Positions 9,628 to 19,503 of a DNA stretch of 64,000 nucleotides are shown piece after piece. The notes below the pieces were generated by a model. That model did not search any database. It had not been told where the DNA came from and saw nothing but the letters and a program-made list of their open reading frames with translations. A program made the translations under genes and the position numbers. Origin of the DNA: Desulfosoma sp. (GTDB lineage: Bacteria; Desulfobacterota; Syntrophobacteria; Syntrophobacterales; DSM-9756); assembly GCA_037481835.1 (NCBI GenBank), contig JBBFKW010000013.1, positions 1 through 64,000 on the forward strand, in the 5' to 3' direction. How positions within the stretch are numbered: position 1 is the first letter of the stretch; each line of letters begins with the position of its first letter.

Positions 9628-10004
9628 TTTAGGATGCACGAAAACCGAGCGTGCGCGGCGAAGGCGAATCAGCCGGTTTTTTCTGCGGGATTTGCGGAGT
9701 CTGAATGGGACGGAGAACGAAAGACAACGTGGATTTATCGAGTTCGCGCGCCTTCCGAGACCTTATACCGCGGGTTCCCTTTATGGCTCAACGATTTTTC
9801 GCACCCGCGCCACGGGATCCTCGACGGATTGTGGCGAAGCACGAAAGGATGAACTCTTTGTCGATCCAGCGACTTTGTGCGCACAAGACAGGGGACGGCT
9901 CATGTGTTATAAGCGCCTGGCATGGCGTTTGGGGCCGGAAGAGAGGGGTGTCCCGACCGAGACTGTGCTGGGACAGCCTGTCCCTGGAGAAATGAGGAGG
10001 AGCC

Positions 10005-11129
10005 GTGGGGCTGACGTTTATGGACGGCAATGAGGCGGTGGTCAAAGGGGCCGTGTATGCCGGCTGCCGGTTCTTCGCGGGCTATCCCATTACGCCGGCG
10101 AGCACGATCCTTTCGGGCATGCTGGAGGCGCTCCCGCCCCTGGGGGGGATCGTGCTCCAGGGCGAGGACGAAATCGCCTCCATCGGCTGCTGCCTGGGAG
10201 CCTCCATGGCGGGGCTCAAGGCCATGACGGCCACTTCGGGGCCGGGCATCAGCCTCTACAGCGAAAACATTTCGTTTGCCGTGGGAAGCGAAATTCCCCT
10301 CGTCATCGTGAACGTCATGCGCCAGGGGCCGTCGACCGGGGCGGCGACCCGAGGGGCCGACGGCGATGTGCAGTTCATGCGCTGGGGCCATTCCGGCGGG
10401 CTTCCCGTGGTGGTGCTGGCCCCCACATGCGCCGCCGATTGCTTCACCATGACCGTGCACGCCTTCAATCTCGCGGAAAGCCTCCGCTGCCCCGTCTTTG
10501 TGGCGTCCAGCAAGGAAATCGGAATGACCCGTGAAACCGTCGATCTGGAAGCCGTGGAAAAACCGGTTCCGATTGAGCGCACGGCCCACGGCGAAGGCCC
10601 CTACCTTCCCTTTGCGGCGGGCCCGGACGGCGTTCCCCCGTTCCTTCCCATGGGAGGCCCCGTTCCCGTGCGGCAGACGTCTTCCATGCACGGCCCGGAC
10701 GGCTACATCACCACGAACCCGGCGGTGATGCAGGCCATGGTGGAGCGGCTCAAGGCCAAGGTGGAATCGCGGATCGATTCCTTTTCTTTCTACGAATGGG
10801 ACGCCCAGGACGGCGCCCGCACGGCGCTCGTCACCTACGGGGTGACGGCCCGTTCCGCCCGAGCGGCCGTCTCGCGCCTGCGCGCCCAGGGCCGTCCCGT
10901 GAGTCTCCTTGTCCTGAAAACCCTGTTTCCCGTCCCCGAAAAGGTGATCCGTTCGGCGGCCGAAAGGGTGGAGCGGCTCCTCGTCGTGGAAGCCAACCTG
11001 GGCCAATACGTCCATGAAGTCGCCCGCGTGGCGTGTCCCACCCCCACCCGCTTTTTCGGCCTCATGTGCGGCCGCATGATTCGACCCGACGAAATCCTTA
11101 GGGAGGTGATCCGTGCCGAGTCTTCTTAA
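10005..11129 (+). CDS. 2-oxoacid:ferredoxin oxidoreductase alpha subunit (KorA/VorA-like)
   Basis: GNEAV..GA, AGYPITPAS, EDEIAS, ATSGPG, RQGPSTG, VEANLGQY. GTG start after GAGGAGGAG. Confidence 0.92.
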   Translation: MGLTFMDGNEAVVKGAVYAGCRFFAGYPITPASTILSGMLEALPPLGGIVLQGEDEIASIGCCLGASMAGLKAMTATSGPGISLYSENISFAVGSEIPLVIVNVMRQGPSTGAATRGADGDVQFMRWGHSGGLPVVVLAPTCAADCFTMTVHAFNLAESLRCPVFVASSKEIGMTRETVDLEAVEKPVPIERTAHGEGPYLPFAAGPDGVPPFLPMGGPVPVRQTSSMHGPDGYITTNPAVMQAMVERLKAKVESRIDSFSFYEWDAQDGARTALVTYGVTARSARAAVSRLRAQGRPVSLLVLKTLFPVPEKVIRSAAERVERLLVVEANLGQYVHEVARVACPTPTRFFGLMCGRMIRPDEILREVIRAESS

Positions 11130-12417
11130 CCCGTCCCGCCCTCCTGTTTTTTGCCCCGGCTGTTCCCACGAGCGGAGCCTCCACGCCCTGGACCGGGCTT
11201 TCCAGCAGCTGGGTCTCCACGCCCGGGACGTGGTCATCGTGACGGATATCGGCTGCTCGGGTCTTTTCGACGTCTTTTTCGCCACCCACGCGTTCCACGG
11301 GCTGCACGGCCGAGCGCTCACCTACGCCACCGGGATCAAGCTGGCCCGTCCCCATGCCAAAGTCGTGGTCGTCATGGGAGACGGCGGGGTGGGGATCGGC
11401 GGCGCCCACCTCCTGGCCGCGTGCCGTCGCAACCTGGACCTGACCCTTCTAGTCCTGAACAACTTCAATTTCGGCATGACCGGCGGACAGTATTCCTGCA
11501 CCACGCCGCAAGAGGCGCGCGTGGGATCGGGCTTCCTGAACACTTTGGAGCCTCCCGTGGATGTGTGCCGGATCGTCGCCGCAGCCGGGGCTCCATTCGT
11601 CGTGCGCCGATCCGTCTACAGCCCCGACCTTCCCGATAAATTCGCCCAGGCGCTCAGCTACCCCGGTTTCGCCGTGGTGGACGTGTGGGGAGGCTGTCCC
11701 GGCCGATACATGAAGGCAAACCCGCTTTCTCCCAAGGATGTGGACGCCTTGGTCCAAAGAGCCGGCCTGTGGGACGGCCCTGTGGCCGGCAATGAACGGG
11801 CCGAATACGGCGCCGCCTACGCCGGCCGTCTGGGGGCCGCCGCCCCCGCGTGGGATTGGAAGGGCCAGGAAGCCCGTTTTCGGGCGGCCCTTTCCGGCCG
11901 GCACGGCACGGTCTTCTTGGGGGCCGCGGGGGAACGGGTTCTTTCGGCAGGGCACCTGTGGGCCATGACGGCCGTGCAGGCCGGGCTTCACGTGACCCAA
12001 AAAAACGATTACAACATCACGGTCATGCGGGGGCCTTCCATTGCGGAGGTTTTGGTGGCTTCCGAGCCCATCGATTATCCCGGCATTGAACAGCCCCACG
12101 CCGTGGCGGCCCTGGCTCGGGAAGGCGTGGAAAGGGCAGCCGAAATGTGGCGGGATCTGACCAGGGAGACTCTCGTCATCCAAGGGGCGGATGTGCCCGT
12201 CCCTGATCATGGGGGCCGCACGGTCGTCGTGGATTTCAAGAAGGCGGGCATCGGGAGAAAGGACCGGGCGGTGGCTTCCTTGGGGATTTTGGCCTGCCTT
12301 TCGGGCATTTTCCGGATCGAGGATCTGGTGGAGACGGCGGCGTCGATCCTGCCGCCGTCTCAACGGGATGCCACGGCGGGGCTCCTCCGCGCAGGGGCCC
12401 TCCTGGTTTCAGCGTAA
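11113..12417 (+). CDS. 2-oxoacid:ferredoxin oxidoreductase beta subunit fused to a gamma-like domain
   Basis: FCPGCSH, DIGCSG, LHGRA, TPP motif GDGG...NN, GMTGGQ. The C-terminal half LGAAGERVLSAG...VTQKNDY...RGPSIAEV resembles POR gamma. Confidence 0.88.
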   Translation: MPSLLNPSRPPVFCPGCSHERSLHALDRAFQQLGLHARDVVIVTDIGCSGLFDVFFATHAFHGLHGRALTYATGIKLARPHAKVVVVMGDGGVGIGGAHLLAACRRNLDLTLLVLNNFNFGMTGGQYSCTTPQEARVGSGFLNTLEPPVDVCRIVAAAGAPFVVRRSVYSPDLPDKFAQALSYPGFAVVDVWGGCPGRYMKANPLSPKDVDALVQRAGLWDGPVAGNERAEYGAAYAGRLGAAAPAWDWKGQEARFRAALSGRHGTVFLGAAGERVLSAGHLWAMTAVQAGLHVTQKNDYNITVMRGPSIAEVLVASEPIDYPGIEQPHAVAALAREGVERAAEMWRDLTRETLVIQGADVPVPDHGGRTVVVDFKKAGIGRKDRAVASLGILACLSGIFRIEDLVETAASILPPSQRDATAGLLRAGALLVSA

Positions 12418-12449
12418 AAAAGTTTTCCCTCGGATCCATTGGGGGAACG

Positions 12450-13973
12450 TTGTCGGCCGCAATGGGCATCGCCGGCACGCCGGCTCCGAAAACAGCGCTT
12501 TTTCAAGAGGTACCAATGGGGGACGGGACCGCCCGAAAACAGAAACGGCGCTATGCCCGCCAAGGCAGCGCCGAGAAGACTTCAAGGCGTTGTCCGTTGC
12601 CGGCGCCGGCGCCATCTCTTGCCGCGACCGGCGCCGCTCGGCCCAAGCGAGGTGCGGCCCGGGCGGCCTTGGTTCCTGGGGAAAAACCTTTCCGGCTGAA
12701 ACGGCGCGTTTTCCCTGCGGCCGCTTTTTGGGTTATGGCCTTCATGGCGTTTTCGCCTTCCTTGAGCCGCGCCCTCACCCTGGAACAGGCCCTCTCGGAG
12801 GCCCTGGCCACGCACCCGCAGGTCAAGGCCGCCGAAGAAGATCTTCGCGCCAGAAAAGCCCTGGAACGATCCAGCCTGTCTCCCTACGCCCCGTCCCTCG
12901 ACCTGACCGGTTCCGTGGACCGAATTTCCCGTGGAAGCATCGACGATCGCAGGGACCAATCGAGTCTCGGCGCGGAATACCTTCTTTTCGACGGCGGTGC
13001 GCGCTTTTCGGACCGATCGGCCGCCCGCATCCAGTTGGCGAGGGCCCAGGAAGCCCTCAGGGCCGCCCGCCTGGACGTCATTCGGGACGTGTCCGTGGCT
13101 TTTTTCCTCGTGTTGGCGCGAACGCGGATCGTGGCCGAACGGACCCTCCAGGTGGAAGACGCCCGCAAGGACTTGGAAATCGCCGAAGGACGTTACCGGC
13201 TGGGGGTGGCCATGAAATCCGACGTGCTCCAGGCCTCGGTGCGCTATGAAGAGGCCCTTTTCGAAAAGAACAGCGCCGAAGGCGATCTTTCCACGGCTCA
13301 GGCCACCTTGCGGTCTCTTGTGGGCCGTCCCTTGGATTCGGCGCACGAGGCCGAGGGCTCTCTCGAGATCCTGGGCTCGCTCAAGGACCGGGAACGGCTC
13401 CTGGCCCTGGCGGAAGAGCGTCCCGAAGTGCTCCAGGCCCGCATGGATGCGGCCTTGGCCGAAGCCCAGCTTCAGAAAACCCGATCGCCTTTCCTGCCCA
13501 AGGTGACGGCCGATGCCGCCTACACGACCAACGACGGTACGGGCTACTTCGGCGACATCAACGACGAAAAGCGCGTCGGGGTCACGGCGTCCTGGAATCT
13601 TTTCCGATTGGACAAGTTCTACAACCGCAAGGCGGCCATGGCCCAGCTCCAGGCGGCCAAGGACCGCCTGGCCGAAGCCGTGCGGCAGGCCCGCTTGGAA
13701 TGTTTCAACCGCTACGATCGGGCGCTCACAGCACGCCGCAACGTGGATCTCGCCCGATCCGTTCTCGTGCAGGCCGAACACAACTACCGGCAGGCCCTCG
13801 GGGAATACCGCGTGGGCAAAGGCGATGTGCTTTCCTTGGTGCGCGCCGAAAGCGCCTTGGGGGCGGCGCGGGTCCGGCTGCAGGAATCCCTGGGCAATTG
13901 GAATGTCACGCTGGCGGAGCTGCAGCGGGCCGCCGGGTTGGAAAGGCTGGACGAGCTTCTAAAAACGGAGTAG
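12450..13973 (+). CDS. TolC-family outer membrane efflux protein (true start probably ~12670-12735)
   Basis: LTLEQALSEALATHP, LLFDGG, RYRLGVAMKSDVLQA, FLPKVT, EYRVGKGDVLSLVRAE: two OEP repeats. Signal peptide ends near SLSRA. Confidence 0.88.
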   Translation: MSAAMGIAGTPAPKTALFQEVPMGDGTARKQKRRYARQGSAEKTSRRCPLPAPAPSLAATGAARPKRGAARAALVPGEKPFRLKRRVFPAAAFWVMAFMAFSPSLSRALTLEQALSEALATHPQVKAAEEDLRARKALERSSLSPYAPSLDLTGSVDRISRGSIDDRRDQSSLGAEYLLFDGGARFSDRSAARIQLARAQEALRAARLDVIRDVSVAFFLVLARTRIVAERTLQVEDARKDLEIAEGRYRLGVAMKSDVLQASVRYEEALFEKNSAEGDLSTAQATLRSLVGRPLDSAHEAEGSLEILGSLKDRERLLALAEERPEVLQARMDAALAEAQLQKTRSPFLPKVTADAAYTTNDGTGYFGDINDEKRVGVTASWNLFRLDKFYNRKAAMAQLQAAKDRLAEAVRQARLECFNRYDRALTARRNVDLARSVLVQAEHNYRQALGEYRVGKGDVLSLVRAESALGAARVRLQESLGNWNVTLAELQRAAGLERLDELLKTE

Positions 13974-13979
13974 GCCGTC

Positions 13980-15200
13980 GTGAAAAAATGGATTATCGGC
14001 ATCGTGGCGCTTGCTCTTGTGGCGGCGGGTTTTGCGGGGTATCGGAAATGGCGCTCACCGTCGGGCGTCCAGGTGCTGGAAACCGCCGTGGTGGAAAAGG
14101 CCTCCATCCGGGAAGTGCTCGTGGCCACAGGCATGATCAAGACCCAGGTGGGCGCCTTGATCAAAGTGGGGTCCCGAGCGACCGGGACTATCGAAGAGAT
14201 GCGCGTTCGGGTGGGCGATTCCGTCCGAAAGGGGGACCTCATCGCCCGCATCGACGATCGGGAAATCCAAAAAGCCCTGGCCATCGACAGAGCCGCGGTG
14301 GAAGCGGCCCGCAATACGCTCGAGGAGGTGGAAAGCACCTACCCTCAACGGATCCGCGAAGCCGAAGCGCGGTTTCGGCTGGCCGACATCAACCTGCAGC
14401 GCGAAAGAGCCCTCATCCAGCAGGATTACACGACCCGGGACGCCGTGGACCGGGCCCAATCCGAATGGGACGCCGCTCAGGCGGTCCTTCAGAGGCTCCG
14501 CCGGGAGTTCGACACCCAGCGGGCCGTCGCCGCGGCCAAGCTCCAGGAAGCCGAGGCCAAGCTCAAGCAGGACGAGATTCGCCTGAGCTACACGCGGATC
14601 TACGCTCCCATCGACGGCATCGTCACCGACGTCACCGGGCAGCAGGGCGAAACCATCGTCACCGGTTTGCAGACGGCCAACCTGGTGGTGGTCATGGACC
14701 CGTCTCGACTGGAAATGCAGATTTACGTCGATGAGACCGACATCGGCCGGGTTCGGCTGGGACAGGCCGTGGAATATTCCGTGGATACCTACCCGGACCG
14801 AGTTTTTTCCGGAAAGATCGTGGACATCTACCATCAGCCCGTGATCCGCGACAACATCGTCTACTACTTGGCCATCGTGACCGTCGATCCCCAGGACGCC
14901 GCCCTCTTGCGTCCGGAGATGACGACCTATTGCCGCGTTGTTTTGACGGAAAAGGCGGACGTGGTGTCCGTACCCAATTCGGCGGTGAAATTTGAAGCGG
15001 GCAAACAGGTCGTCTACGTGGTCGAGGAAAAGGACAAAGCGCCGAAAAAAGTGACGGTCGCCGTGGGCGTTCGAGGGGAGAACCGCACGGAAATTCTTTC
15101 AGGGGTTTCGGAAGGCCAGATGGTGGCCACCAAGATGGTCATGCCCCAGGGGCAAGGACCGGGGCAGGGCCAGCCCGGAGCGGGCCAGGGAAGGCGGTAG
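13980..15200 (+). CDS. MacA-like efflux membrane fusion protein
   Basis: N-terminal TM, VGSRATGTIEEMRVRVGDSVRKGDLIA, IYAPIDGIV, VDETDIGRV. Confidence 0.92.
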   Translation: MKKWIIGIVALALVAAGFAGYRKWRSPSGVQVLETAVVEKASIREVLVATGMIKTQVGALIKVGSRATGTIEEMRVRVGDSVRKGDLIARIDDREIQKALAIDRAAVEAARNTLEEVESTYPQRIREAEARFRLADINLQRERALIQQDYTTRDAVDRAQSEWDAAQAVLQRLRREFDTQRAVAAAKLQEAEAKLKQDEIRLSYTRIYAPIDGIVTDVTGQQGETIVTGLQTANLVVVMDPSRLEMQIYVDETDIGRVRLGQAVEYSVDTYPDRVFSGKIVDIYHQPVIRDNIVYYLAIVTVDPQDAALLRPEMTTYCRVVLTEKADVVSVPNSAVKFEAGKQVVYVVEEKDKAPKKVTVAVGVRGENRTEILSGVSEGQMVATKMVMPQGQGPGQGQPGAGQGRR

Positions 15201-15245
15201 GGGCACGGTGGGCGCCAAGGGCCGATTCTTTGGGGGGTCACGGAC

Positions 15246-15974
15246 ATGAGCCTGTGCGTCCTTGAAGACGTGCGGAAGACTTACGTCCTGGGGGATGTGC
15301 GCGTGGACGTCCTTCGCGGGGTGAGCCTTACCATCGAGCCCGGCGAATTCACGGCTGTCATGGGCCCTTCGGGATCGGGAAAGACCACCCTCATGAACAT
15401 CTTGGGATGTCTGGACGTCCCCTCCCAAGGGCGCTACATCCTTGCCGGAAAAGACGTGACGCACATGAGCGACGATGAACTGTCGCGCATGCGCAGCGAA
15501 CATATCGGGTTCGTCTTCCAGAGTTTCCATCTGCTGCCTTACGCCACGGCCCTGGAAAACGTGCTCCTTCCCACACTTTACCTGGAACGCCGTTTGGACG
15601 GGCGGCGGAAACGGGCCATGGAGCTCCTGGCCCTGGTGGGCCTCCAGGATCGTGCCGGATTCAAGCCGAGCCAACTCTCGGGCGGGCAGCAGCAGCGGGT
15701 GGCCATCGCCCGGGCCCTGATGAACGCCCCTGGGCTCATCCTGGCCGACGAGCCCACGGGCGCCCTGGATTCGGCCACGGCGAAAGACATCATGAACCTT
15801 CTCACCGATCTGAACGCCCAGGGAACCACCGTCGTGGTGGTCACCCACGACCCGGAAGTGGCCGCGTACGCCCAAAGGATCGTGCGGGTGCGGGACGGCG
15901 TCGTCGTGGAGGATTCCCAAGCGGCTTCGGCGGCCGAGGAGCGGCCGGTCCATGATGATGCGGTTCTGGCTTAA
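15246..15974 (+). CDS. MacB/LolD-like ABC ATP-binding protein
   Basis: [39 protein letters not shown]. Confidence 0.93.
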   Translation: MSLCVLEDVRKTYVLGDVRVDVLRGVSLTIEPGEFTAVMGPSGSGKTTLMNILGCLDVPSQGRYILAGKDVTHMSDDELSRMRSEHIGFVFQSFHLLPYATALENVLLPTLYLERRLDGRRKRAMELLALVGLQDRAGFKPSQLSGGQQQRVAIARALMNAPGLILADEPTGALDSATAKDIMNLLTDLNAQGTTVVVVTHDPEVAAYAQRIVRVRDGVVVEDSQAASAAEERPVHDDAVLA

Positions 15975-17175
15975 GTGCGCCGATGCATGGCGGGCGGTTC
16001 GGGCCTATCGGCTTCGGGCGGTTTTTTGTTCCGTGAGCGTCGCCCTGGGGGTCGGGGCCATCACGATCATCGTGGCGGCCACGGAAGGGGCTTACAAGCA
16101 GGCTTACGACATGGTGGACCGGTTCGGCCCGGACGCCATGCTCATTTTCGGGGAAAGCGAAGAAGCCCGGGCCACGGGGCGGCGCGAAAAAAACATCACG
16201 GTCGAAGACGTGGAGGCGCTGCGCCAGGCTTTTCCCACGGCGTACCTGGTGGTCCCCATGAGTTCCCGGGGGGACATGATCGTGGCCTATGGCAATCGCA
16301 AGCATCAAACGCGGCTGACGGGCACGACGGCCGACTACAGCCGCAGCTGGTCTTGGCCCGTGACGGAAGGCCGGGATCTCACGGAACAGGACGTCAAGGG
16401 ACTGCGCAACGTGGCCCTCATCGGCCGCACCATCGTTCAGGAACTGTTTCCCGACGAGGATCCCATCGGCAAGTCCATCTTCGTGCGCAATCTGGCCGTG
16501 CAGGTCGTCGGCGTCCTTGAAGAGCGCGGGTCCACGGGGCCCGGGCACAACTTGGACGACCGCATCGTCATGCCCATCACCACGGCCATGAAAAAGATCC
16601 TGAACGAAAAGGATCGAGTCCAGGCCGTGCGCATGCGGTTTGTGGACGCCACGCGCATGGAGCATTTCGAGGCCGAGGTGCGCGCCTTCATGCGAAAGCG
16701 CCACGGCTTGCAGGAGGGGCAGCCGGACGATTTCCGGATCGTTTCCCCAAGGGAAATCGTCAAGTTCCTCGTGGCCCTCACGGGATCCCTGGTCATCTTC
16801 ATCGGCATTACGGGCCTCTTGTCCCTTGTGGTGGCCGGGTTCGTCCTGGCCAACCTCTTCCTCCTTTCGGTCAACGAAAGGATCCCCGAAATCGGCATCC
16901 GCCGGTCCGTGGGCGCTCGGCGTTCGGACATCCTGGTCCAGTTCCTCACGGAAGCCGTGACCCTCACGGCCCTGGGCGGTGTCTTGGGCTTCGGGATCGG
17001 TGTGTCGGGAGGGCCGCTGTTGAAGAACGTGGCCGAATTTCCCATGCATTTTTCTTGGAAAGCCTTCGCTGCGGGAATGATCATGGCGACGCTCGTCGGG
17101 GTGGTTTTCGGCCTGCAGCCGGCCCGCAAGGCGGCGGCGGTCCATCCCATCGAAGCGGTGCGTAAGGGATCGTGA
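15952..17175 (+). CDS. MacB-type (FtsX-like) ABC permease 1
   Basis: TM1, periplasmic MacB_PCD-like region, [40 protein letters not shown]. Confidence 0.9.
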   Translation: MMMRFWLKCADAWRAVRAYRLRAVFCSVSVALGVGAITIIVAATEGAYKQAYDMVDRFGPDAMLIFGESEEARATGRREKNITVEDVEALRQAFPTAYLVVPMSSRGDMIVAYGNRKHQTRLTGTTADYSRSWSWPVTEGRDLTEQDVKGLRNVALIGRTIVQELFPDEDPIGKSIFVRNLAVQVVGVLEERGSTGPGHNLDDRIVMPITTAMKKILNEKDRVQAVRMRFVDATRMEHFEAEVRAFMRKRHGLQEGQPDDFRIVSPREIVKFLVALTGSLVIFIGITGLLSLVVAGFVLANLFLLSVNERIPEIGIRRSVGARRSDILVQFLTEAVTLTALGGVLGFGIGVSGGPLLKNVAEFPMHFSWKAFAAGMIMATLVGVVFGLQPARKAAAVHPIEAVRKGS

Positions 17176-17178
17176 CCC

Positions 17179-18417
17179 ATGAATCTTCAGCGCGTGCTGC
17201 TCAACTTGAAAATCGCGCGCCGTTCCCTGGCCAATTTCAAGCTGAGGACGGTTTTGGCGGTGCTCGGCGTCTTTCTCGGCACCTTGTCGCTCGTCATGGT
17301 TTCCGGCCTTTCCCAGTCCATGGTCCTTAAGACCCGCCAGGAAACGGCGGCTCTCGGCGAGAATCTCCTCATCGTCCAAAGCGGCACGGTCCACACCTTC
17401 GGCATGCGCACGCGGCTCATTTCCCAGGCGACCACGTTGACCACCGCCGATGCCGAAGCCATAGGAAGTGGCACGCGCTTCGTGGAAGAGGTGACCCCGT
17501 CGTCTGGGAAAACCTTCGTGGTGCGGTCCGGATCGACGGTCCTTAAAGACGTCATGGTGACCGGCACGACGCCGAACTTTCCCCGGATACGAAACTTCCA
17601 CCCGCGCCTCGGGCGTTTCATGACGGCGGAAGACGAAAAGGCGTCGGCCAAAGTGGTGGTGCTGGGCCACAAAGTGGCCTCCAAGCTTTTTCCCGGGGAA
17701 AATCCCCTGGGCCGCACCGTCCTCATCCGCCGCGTGCCGTGTACGGTCGTCGGAGTGATGGAAGAAAAGGGATCGGACGTTTCCGGGTTCGACCAGGACA
17801 ATCAGATCTTTATGCCCTTGAAGACTTTTCTTCACCGCTTTGTCAACAAGACCTACATCAGCACGATCTATGTTCGCGTGATCCGAGAAGAGATGTTGTC
17901 GGAGGCCAAGAGGGAAATCGAGGAATTGATGCGGGTGCGGCATAAAATCGGGCCGGACAAGCGCGACGACTTTACCGTGGTGGACATGCGGGACGTCATG
18001 CAGCTCAAGAGCCAGGCCGTGAACATGATCACGCTTCTCGGGCGCATTGCCGCGGTGGTCTCCTTCGCCATCGGCGGCATGGGGATCCTGTCCATCATGA
18101 TCCTGATCGTCAACGAAAGGCGCCTGGAAATCGGGCTGCGGCGGGCTGTGGGAGCGAGGCGTCGGGACATCGCCGTACAGTTTCTCACGGAATCGTCGGC
18201 CATCGCGCTGTTGGGAGGCTTATCCGGGAGTGTCATCGGGCTGGGTTCCAGTTCTGTGATCTTCAGCCTGCTCCATTATCCGGTGGCCACGTCGTGGCCG
18301 AGCCTTGTGAGTTCCTTCTTTGCGTCGGCGCTGGTGGGGATCGGAGCCGGCATTTATCCGTCGCGAAAGGCCTTGGCGATCCAGCCCGTGGATGTGATGC
18401 GATCCGAAGCCAGGTAG
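17179..18417 (+). CDS. MacB-type (FtsX-like) ABC permease 2
   Basis: GGMGILSIM, VNERRLEIGLRRAVGA..DIAVQFLTES, GIYPSRKA...PVDVMR. Confidence 0.9.
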   Translation: MNLQRVLLNLKIARRSLANFKLRTVLAVLGVFLGTLSLVMVSGLSQSMVLKTRQETAALGENLLIVQSGTVHTFGMRTRLISQATTLTTADAEAIGSGTRFVEEVTPSSGKTFVVRSGSTVLKDVMVTGTTPNFPRIRNFHPRLGRFMTAEDEKASAKVVVLGHKVASKLFPGENPLGRTVLIRRVPCTVVGVMEEKGSDVSGFDQDNQIFMPLKTFLHRFVNKTYISTIYVRVIREEMLSEAKREIEELMRVRHKIGPDKRDDFTVVDMRDVMQLKSQAVNMITLLGRIAAVVSFAIGGMGILSIMILIVNERRLEIGLRRAVGARRRDIAVQFLTESSAIALLGGLSGSVIGLGSSSVIFSLLHYPVATSWPSLVSSFFASALVGIGAGIYPSRKALAIQPVDVMRSEAR

Positions 18418-18428
18418 CACGTCGAACC

Positions 18429-19469
18429 ATGAGAAGACTCGTCGTCCTCCTCCTTGTGGGCCTTCTTTTCGCCGCGACCTTGTGGTTCGTGATGCCGGAG
18501 GTGCGGGGGCTCGTGGAGGAATTCACGCAGGGGACGGCCACCCACTGGGCCGCCGTGAAACGGGCCGCGCGAACGGTGGTCAAAGGGCACTCGGCTGAAA
18601 AGGGTGCGCCCCCCGGTCCCGAAGGGGGCGATGTGCGGCCTTATGTGGAACCCCTTACGGGCATGCCCTTCGTGTGGGTTCCTTCGGGATGTTTTCGCAT
18701 GGGAAGCGAGGACGGTGAAAAGGGGCGGGATCGGGACGAGGGGCCGCTTCATGAAGTGTGCGTGGACGGCTTCTGGATGGGCCAAAGGGAAGTCACCCGG
18801 GGGGAATTTCGAAAGTTTGTGGAAGCGACCGGGTATGTCACCGATGCAGAACGGGAAGGGTTTTCGTGGGTGTATACGGGATCCTGGGAAAAAAGAGGCG
18901 GCTATTCGTGGCGTCGGCCCGGTTTCTTTCAAGACGACACTCACCCGGTGGTCCATGTTTCCTTAAACGATGCCCTGGCCATGGCGCGCTGGCTCGGTGA
19001 AAAGGGCGGCGGATCCTTCGGCGTCCCCACGGAAGCCCAGTGGGAATACGCATGTCGGGCGGGCCGGTTGGATGCGCGCTTCTGGGGGGAAGACCCCGCG
19101 GAGGCCTGCCGGTATGCCAATGCGGCGGATGCAGCGGCGGCCGAACAGTTTCCGTCGTGGACGGTCCACGCCTGTTCCGACGGTTATGTTTTTACGGCCC
19201 CTGCGGGGTCTTTCGAACCCAACGGCTTTCGCCTTTACGACCTGCTGGGCAATGTGTGGGAATGGTGCGCGGACAGCTATGACCCTCAAGGTTACCGCAA
19301 ACACGCGTCGAAGAACCCGGTCCTCGCCGATCCGTCGCAATCGGCTCGGGTGATCCGCGGCGGCAGCTGGTACAGCCGGCCCGAACATGTGCGATGCGCC
19401 AAGCGCGATGCCCTCACCCGCCCCGACCGGCGCAGCCAGGACCTGGGTTTCCGCCTCATCCGACAATAA
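18429..19469 (+). CDS. Membrane-anchored FGE-sulfatase (SUMF1-like) domain protein
   Basis: N-terminal TM, GCFRMGS, HPVVHVS, PTEAQWEYACRAG, PNGFRLYDLLGNVWEWC, RVIRGGSW, LGFRL. Confidence 0.88.
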   Translation: MRRLVVLLLVGLLFAATLWFVMPEVRGLVEEFTQGTATHWAAVKRAARTVVKGHSAEKGAPPGPEGGDVRPYVEPLTGMPFVWVPSGCFRMGSEDGEKGRDRDEGPLHEVCVDGFWMGQREVTRGEFRKFVEATGYVTDAEREGFSWVYTGSWEKRGGYSWRRPGFFQDDTHPVVHVSLNDALAMARWLGEKGGGSFGVPTEAQWEYACRAGRLDARFWGEDPAEACRYANAADAAAAEQFPSWTVHACSDGYVFTAPAGSFEPNGFRLYDLLGNVWEWCADSYDPQGYRKHASKNPVLADPSQSARVIRGGSWYSRPEHVRCAKRDALTRPDRRSQDLGFRLIRQ

Positions 19470-19503
19470 TGACGGAAGAAAAAGGCCGAGGAGGCACAAG
19501 CCC

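Noticed and set aside
9917..9932. sigma54 promoter CTGGCATGGCGTTTGG upstream of OFOR alpha
   Set aside because: Good -24 element, but the -12 reads TTGG instead of the near-invariant TTGC.
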